A DNA stretch of 64,000 nucleotides from an uncultured bacterium (GTDB taxonomy: Bacteria; Fidelibacterota; Marinisomatia; Marinisomatales; UBA1611): positions 1-64,000 of the forward strand of contig CBFIBM010000006.1 in assembly GCA_965660855.1 (NCBI GenBank), written 5' to 3'. The translations under genes were made by a program, and so were the position numbers. The notes beneath the pieces were generated by a model, which saw nothing but the letters and a program-made list of their open reading frames with translations, was not told the DNA's origin and made no database searches. Shown piece by piece: positions 59,233 through 64,000 of this stretch; positions within the stretch are counted from its first letter, which is position 1; every line of letters begins with the position of its first letter.

Positions 59233-59446
59233 TAATTAAGTCAATTATTTCCCCTTTACTTGGGAATCGTTTTAATATTTTTTTTGAAAATATTAACTTA
59301 TCATTAAAATAAACATCAAATATTCCACCACTACCTTCAATTAAGGTAACATCAATATTATCATATCTAGATATTAATTCACCTTCCAAACTGGAAGCAT
59401 TTGGTAAATAATTTCACATACCACAATATTTTATAGAAACTTTCAT
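59222..59446 (-). CDS. SelW/SelT/SelH (Rdx) family selenoprotein, CxxU (not in the ORF track)
   Basis: MKVSIKYCGM-U-NYLPNASSLEGEL...GSGGIFDV...LIFSKK..KRFP...; in-frame TGA at 59414-59416; AAGGAG RBS; hairpin CTTCCA-GTT-TGGAAG downstream of the TGA. Confidence 0.88.
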
Positions 59447-59448
59447 GC

Positions 59449-59946
59449 TTACTCCTTTATCATTTGCCCAAAAAATTTCAAAATATCTCGAGCATGAGAA
59501 TACAAATTTACATCATCAAAAACATGAACCAAAAACCCTTCTTCATCAATTAAAAAGGTCATTCTAGAAGGGAAGAAATAATATTTATTTGCACCATAAG
59601 CCGATCCAACCTTTTTATTTATATCTGATAAAAAATTAAAAGGTAAGTTATATTTTTCTTTAAACTTTTTAAGAACTTTTTTTGAGTCATAACTAATACC
59701 TAATATTTCAATTTGAGAATTTTCAAAACTTTGGAATTCATCACGGAATCCACATGCCTGTTTAATTCAACCAGGTGTTTCAGCTTTAGGGAAAAAATAA
59801 ATCACAAGTTTTTTACCCCTATAATCTTCCAATTTATGTATTCGATTATTTTGATCATATAATTCGAATTTAGGAACAAGCTCACCAATCTTAAGCGAAG
59901 TACTAAATAAAAAGGTATTAATTAAAGATATCACTAGAAATCTCAT
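59449..59946 (-). CDS. bcp: BCP/PrxQ peroxiredoxin selenoprotein, TPGU (not in the ORF track)
   Basis: VIYFFPKAETPG-U-IKQACGFRD...ILGISYD...LPFNFLSD...RMTFLIDEEG; in-frame TGA at 59767-59769 occupies the peroxidatic Cys position; 165 aa. Confidence 0.88.
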
Positions 59947-60011
59947 GATTTTTAATAATTATATGACATAAACTAAAATTCTATATTATGTTAAGGTATT
60001 AAATTTATACT

Positions 60012-60992
60012 ATGAAAAATATAGATATAAAATCAATTGCAAAAAATGTAATAAAAATAGAATCCGATGCTGTTTCACTTCTAGAAGATCGTATCGATGA
60101 TATTTTTGAATCTGCTGTGAGAACTTTATTGAAATGTAAAGGACGCTTAATTATTTCAGGTATGGGAAAATCGGGAATAATTTCTCAAAAAATTGCATCT
60201 ACAATGTCATCAACCGGCACGCCAGCTTATTTTGTACATCCAAGTGAAGCGATACATGGAGATCTAGGGATGATTACGGGTCAAGATGTTATAATACTAT
60301 TAAGTAATAGTGGAGAGACTTCAGAACTCATTCAAATATTGCCTGCCTTACAGAAAAAAAAAGTTACTATCATTGGCTTGATTGGAAAAGCGGGATCAAC
60401 ATTATCAAATGAAGCAAATATCTTCTTAAATACCTCAGTCAAAAAAGAAGCTTGTACGTTAGATCTTGCTCCAACAGCTAGTACCACTGCAACGCTAGCA
60501 ATGGGTGATGCCTTAGCGATATCATTATTAGAACTACGAGGTTTTAATAAAGAAAATTTTGCTGAATTACATCCAGGAGGAATACTTGGGAAAAAATTAT
60601 TATTGACGATAAATCACCTTGTACACATTGGAGAAGACCTACCTTTTGTAGAAACATCAACAAAGATAAAAGAGGTCCTATTAACTATATCTGAAAAAGG
60701 TCTAGGTGTTACGGGTGTTTTAAATAAAGATAAAGAGTTGGTTGGAATTATAACAGATGGTGATATTCGAAGGGGAATTGAAAAAAATTATGATAATTTT
60801 TTTGATCAGCCAGCAGAATTAATAATGTCAAAAGACCCAAAAATAATCAATTCAAATACTCTCGCAATTTCAGCCCTTAAAACAATGGAAAAATATTCTA
60901 TTACAAGTCTCTTTGTTTTTTCAGATCAAACTCTAAAAAAACCAGATGGGATAATCCATATCCATGACATACTCAAATCAGGAATTAAATAG
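60012..60992 (+). CDS. kdsD: KpsF/GutQ family arabinose-5-phosphate isomerase (SIS + CBS)
   Basis: GMGKSG, HPSEAIHGDLG, SNSGET, APTAST, HPGG and CBS-pair ITDGD motifs. Confidence 0.92.
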   Translation: MKNIDIKSIAKNVIKIESDAVSLLEDRIDDIFESAVRTLLKCKGRLIISGMGKSGIISQKIASTMSSTGTPAYFVHPSEAIHGDLGMITGQDVIILLSNSGETSELIQILPALQKKKVTIIGLIGKAGSTLSNEANIFLNTSVKKEACTLDLAPTASTTATLAMGDALAISLLELRGFNKENFAELHPGGILGKKLLLTINHLVHIGEDLPFVETSTKIKEVLLTISEKGLGVTGVLNKDKELVGIITDGDIRRGIEKNYDNFFDQPAELIMSKDPKIINSNTLAISALKTMEKYSITSLFVFSDQTLKKPDGIIHIHDILKSGIK

Positions 60993-61006
60993 TTATATTA
61001 TAAGTA

Positions 61007-61396
61007 GTGAAAAAAAAAATTATACTTGCTCTATTATTCTTTTTTATTAGTTGTAGTAAAAAAGAATCAGTAAATATATATAAAACAAATCAATACCTTA
61101 ATCTTAATGAAAAAGATAAAATAATTGGTGAATCCGTATGGGCAACTTCCTGTTTCCGTTGCCATATGTATGGGTCGAACGGAGCAAATGCACTCGATGA
61201 TAAGGAATATTGGGATAAAACAGCTGAAAAAGGTCTAGAAGATCTGTTTAAAAGTGTTTGGGAGGGAAAATATGGAGAAGAAGGCGCAATGCCACCAAAA
61301 GGTCTATGCCCTTCTTGTTCTGAAGATCAAATCGAAAAATCTATACTATATTTATTCAAACTCACTGAATTGAATGAATCGGCTGACTCTTTATAA
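61007..61396 (+). CDS. Cytochrome c5-like lipoprotein
   Basis: Lipobox FISC; CFRCH; MPPKGLCPSCS is a c5-type distal motif. Confidence 0.85.
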   Translation: MKKKIILALLFFFISCSKKESVNIYKTNQYLNLNEKDKIIGESVWATSCFRCHMYGSNGANALDDKEYWDKTAEKGLEDLFKSVWEGKYGEEGAMPPKGLCPSCSEDQIEKSILYLFKLTELNESADSL

Positions 61397-61409
61397 GTCT
61401 TTTATTCTA

Positions 61410-63746
61410 TTAACCCTTAAAAAGAGTTGAACTTTCTACAGCATCCGCTAAGTTTCTGGCAACTTTAAGAAAAGTTGATACATTCATCTCCTTCAAATAA
61501 ACTGCTCCATGAACAGCTCGCAAATGTGGATTCTTATTGCGATACCAATAATCTCTTCCCAGTATTAGCTGTAAATCTCTATGTTGATTTACCCAGATTT
61601 TTTGTGATAATTCTGAAAAAGGCCCATCATATTCATAGCTAGGAAAAGAAGCATCTTTCTGGCTTAGATAGCAATTCATAAAAGTAGAATTCATTATTGC
61701 AAGAGAGTTTAATGTTACGGGAACTATAATATCAGCCTCAGCTAAATCAAACTTATACCAAACATTCCTGTAACCCCAAATACGTAAGTTTGACAAATCC
61801 TTTGTCTTGCTCCATTGCCGTACCGCTTCAGCTATTGTCTGTAAGACTTTATAATGAGTGTCAGGACCACTACCTTCTGGATCTAAGGCTAAAGAAATTA
61901 CTGTGGGATTTATTAATTTTAATTGCTCGAGAACGGGAGCAACATCTCTTGCATTTTCTGGTTGTTCTGTAAATATTTCACCTTGGTAAAATCCTAATCT
62001 TAAATGATGGATATCTTTAACTCTTACTCCAAAATTTGCCCAAACTAATTCTTCTTCATATTCACGAACCATTCCTTTCAGTTTTTGAATTTTTGATGAA
62101 TTTTTTTGTCCATCATAACTATCATCTAATTCACTAATAATCCTCCCTAACTGACTTTTTAATTCAGATCTACTTTTTACATCATAAATTTCGATTATAG
62201 CTCGTACAATACGATGTGATAATCCCCTAACCTGACCTTCTTTATCATTGTTAGCAATTTTATCAAGATAGTGATATACGTCCTTATCCCAACGTTTTTT
62301 ATAACCATCAGTAAAAAAATCTTCGTAATATATCATTTGGATTTTTTTTTGAGATATTAGATGTAAAGTATTTTTAATTATCCTTTTTATAAAATCATTT
62401 GTGACGCTGGTAAAACCTGATGTCATGTTAGTAAAGATATGCTTATTAGTTGGTTCTCGAATAAGATGTATTATTTGTGGCATCATACCCAGCATAATAT
62501 CATCATGATGTGGGCCTGTATGATAATAAACTTGGTTTTTTTCTTGTTTTATACCTTTTTCTACTTTTCTATGAATACTATCAACAATATCACTAACAGT
62601 AGAATCTGATAGATTTGGTATCATCCTGCAAATTTTATCTTGTTTTAAATCTTTTAAACTTAATTTTTTCCCATAGATTTTTTTCTTACTAGCAAGAGTA
62701 TATAAAGCTTTCTGGCTCCTTCTTATACCCCAATTTTTGCTATCCCAATACCTATTTTTAATATTAGTTAATTGTTTTGTTGCACCAGTGGTTAAGAAAA
62801 AACGACTATTCCTTAATTCCTGAAGGGAGGTTGCTGGATATTTGATATTTGGTTCTGATTCAATAGATTTTTGTATTATAGAAGACTTTGCTTCCCCAGC
62901 AGCTATAATAATTGCAGTAACATCTTTATTATGCCTGATTGTACCGAGACCAATGGTAATCACTAATCTATTTTTACTTATTTCAATACCTCCCAAGTCT
63001 GCAGCTGCAGCAGCTTGAGTTTCAAAGTTTGTCTCTGTTAATCTTGTTGTCGAATTATGATCAGACCCTTTTACATTAAAAGCAATATGCCCATCGGGTC
63101 CAATACCACCTAAGAAGAAACCTATTCCTCCTAAAGATTGAATTTTCGCTTCGTAATCATTACACCATTGGTCTATACAATAAATAGATTCTTGCTGCTT
63201 CTGTTCAAAAGAAGATGTTGGATTTCTATACCTTAAACTGAGATCAATCTTCCTATCTGGAAATATATCCTCCCATTTTTTATTTTTATAGAGTGCGATA
63301 TTATTGCAATTAATTAAAAGTGCTTTTTCAAAGGACATATTAAAACCATCTAAATAAAAATGTTTAACATAATCAAAAAAACTATTTTTTTGATCTGGAT
63401 TGAGGGGATAGAACTCATCGATTTGAACAAATCTTAGATTAGTTAGATTTGGTTTTTTCTTATGCTTGAAATCATATTTTCTTAATAAGGATTGTACTTT
63501 CTTATCACTCCAATTATTTAGTAAATGGTGGGTCCATTTTATAAAATATTCAGGTGTTTTCCCAGTTGGCAAACTTATGACACCTTCTGGATTTTCAATA
63601 GCCCATTCCAAAAATCTTAAAGATGTTAATAATCCAAGATCTGGAAAGTTATCAACTATTAAATATGGAATTTTTGAATACTTATCATTGAATTCATTTT
63701 TAGAAAGAAATGCTCTTTCCATCGGAGACCAATTTATATTTTTCAT
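61410..63746 (-). CDS. nagB: Glucosamine-6-phosphate deaminase fused to a PIG-L-like deacetylase domain
   Basis: LPTGKTP, QIDEFYP and GIGPDGHIAFN motifs; C-terminal GPHHDDIMLG, DPEGSGPDTH and WGYRNVW. Confidence 0.8.
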   Translation of the reverse strand: MKNINWSPMERAFLSKNEFNDKYSKIPYLIVDNFPDLGLLTSLRFLEWAIENPEGVISLPTGKTPEYFIKWTHHLLNNWSDKKVQSLLRKYDFKHKKKPNLTNLRFVQIDEFYPLNPDQKNSFFDYVKHFYLDGFNMSFEKALLINCNNIALYKNKKWEDIFPDRKIDLSLRYRNPTSSFEQKQQESIYCIDQWCNDYEAKIQSLGGIGFFLGGIGPDGHIAFNVKGSDHNSTTRLTETNFETQAAAAADLGGIEISKNRLVITIGLGTIRHNKDVTAIIIAAGEAKSSIIQKSIESEPNIKYPATSLQELRNSRFFLTTGATKQLTNIKNRYWDSKNWGIRRSQKALYTLASKKKIYGKKLSLKDLKQDKICRMIPNLSDSTVSDIVDSIHRKVEKGIKQEKNQVYYHTGPHHDDIMLGMMPQIIHLIREPTNKHIFTNMTSGFTSVTNDFIKRIIKNTLHLISQKKIQMIYYEDFFTDGYKKRWDKDVYHYLDKIANNDKEGQVRGLSHRIVRAIIEIYDVKSRSELKSQLGRIISELDDSYDGQKNSSKIQKLKGMVREYEEELVWANFGVRVKDIHHLRLGFYQGEIFTEQPENARDVAPVLEQLKLINPTVISLALDPEGSGPDTHYKVLQTIAEAVRQWSKTKDLSNLRIWGYRNVWYKFDLAEADIIVPVTLNSLAIMNSTFMNCYLSQKDASFPSYEYDGPFSELSQKIWVNQHRDLQLILGRDYWYRNKNPHLRAVHGAVYLKEMNVSTFLKVARNLADAVESSTLFKG

Positions 63747-63747
63747 T

Positions 63748-64000
63748 TTATTTTAAATATATTATTTTTTCGACAGTTTGAATATTTTTGCTAGTTGCTT
63801 TTATAAAAAAGACACCTGAACTAGGTTTTGGATAAATATTTTTCATATCCCATTTTAAATAAAATTTTCCATTTGAAAGTTTTCGATTTAGCAATTCACC
63901 AATCAGCCTTCCATTTAAAGATATAAGCTGAATAGAAATCTTTTCTGAAGACTGAATATCTAATTCAATAGTATTCTCAGAGTTGAACGGGTTTGGATAA
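63748..64000 (-). CDS. 3' end of a secreted protein carrying an FlgD/T9SS-like CTD (truncated by the window edge)
   Basis: Minus strand reads YPNPFNSENTIELDI...SLNGRLI...WD...SSGVFFI...EKIIYLK then TAA at 63748-63750. Confidence 0.85.
   Translation of the reverse strand, partial: YPNPFNSENTIELDIQSSEKISIQLISLNGRLIGELLNRKLSNGKFYLKWDMKNIYPKPSSGVFFIKATSKNIQTVEKIIYLK

Noticed and set aside
59222..59946. Reading the two TGA-containing frames as pseudogenes or as evidence of an alternative genetic code
   Set aside because: Each has a single TGA exactly at the redox Cys position with a 3' hairpin. Other genes end normally in TGA (e.g. at 18806 and 39775) and use TGG for Trp, so the code is standard.
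550..63756. Short ORF-track entries nested in or antisense to long genes (e.g. 550-735, 9294-9680, 41296-44640 minus-strand set, 47023-47361, 63466-63756)
   Set aside because: Shadow ORFs with no recognisable motifs that overlap well-supported genes.

Overview
AT-rich, gene-dense bacterial window. Its character suggests a marine FCB-group organism such as Marinisomatota/SAR406; this is inferred from FlgD/T9SS-like C-terminal sorting domains, a dockerin, and SusC/D-like and PorV-like genes, not from a marker gene. No rRNA, tRNA, CRISPR array or mobile element was recognised. Main content: (1) four TonB-dependent receptors, three of them with different partner architectures (SusD-like + Rieske lipoprotein; DUF4249-like lipoprotein; large CTD-bearing protein + dedicated PorV-like barrel); (2) a probable alpha-glucan utilisation locus lacking SusD (GH13, TBDR, 1322-aa partner, PorV-like barrel, 1317-aa repeat protein, nearby GH97); (3) two selenoprotein genes missed by the ORF track (a TPGU peroxiredoxin and a CxxU SelW/Rdx protein), each with a SECIS-like hairpin, upstream of a cyclase and a PAS-MenA fusion; (4) an SOS mutagenesis cassette (unannotated 50-aa ORF, lexA, imuB-like gene, dnaE2) with a clear promoter, a candidate new LexA operator and an apparent ATT start for dnaE2; (5) seven CTD-bearing secreted proteins, one with a Tat signal; (6) a cytochrome c / YceI / DUF5777 / OB-fold module; (7) housekeeping kdsD and nagB-like genes. 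All family assignments come from motif recognition by eye; no database search was run.
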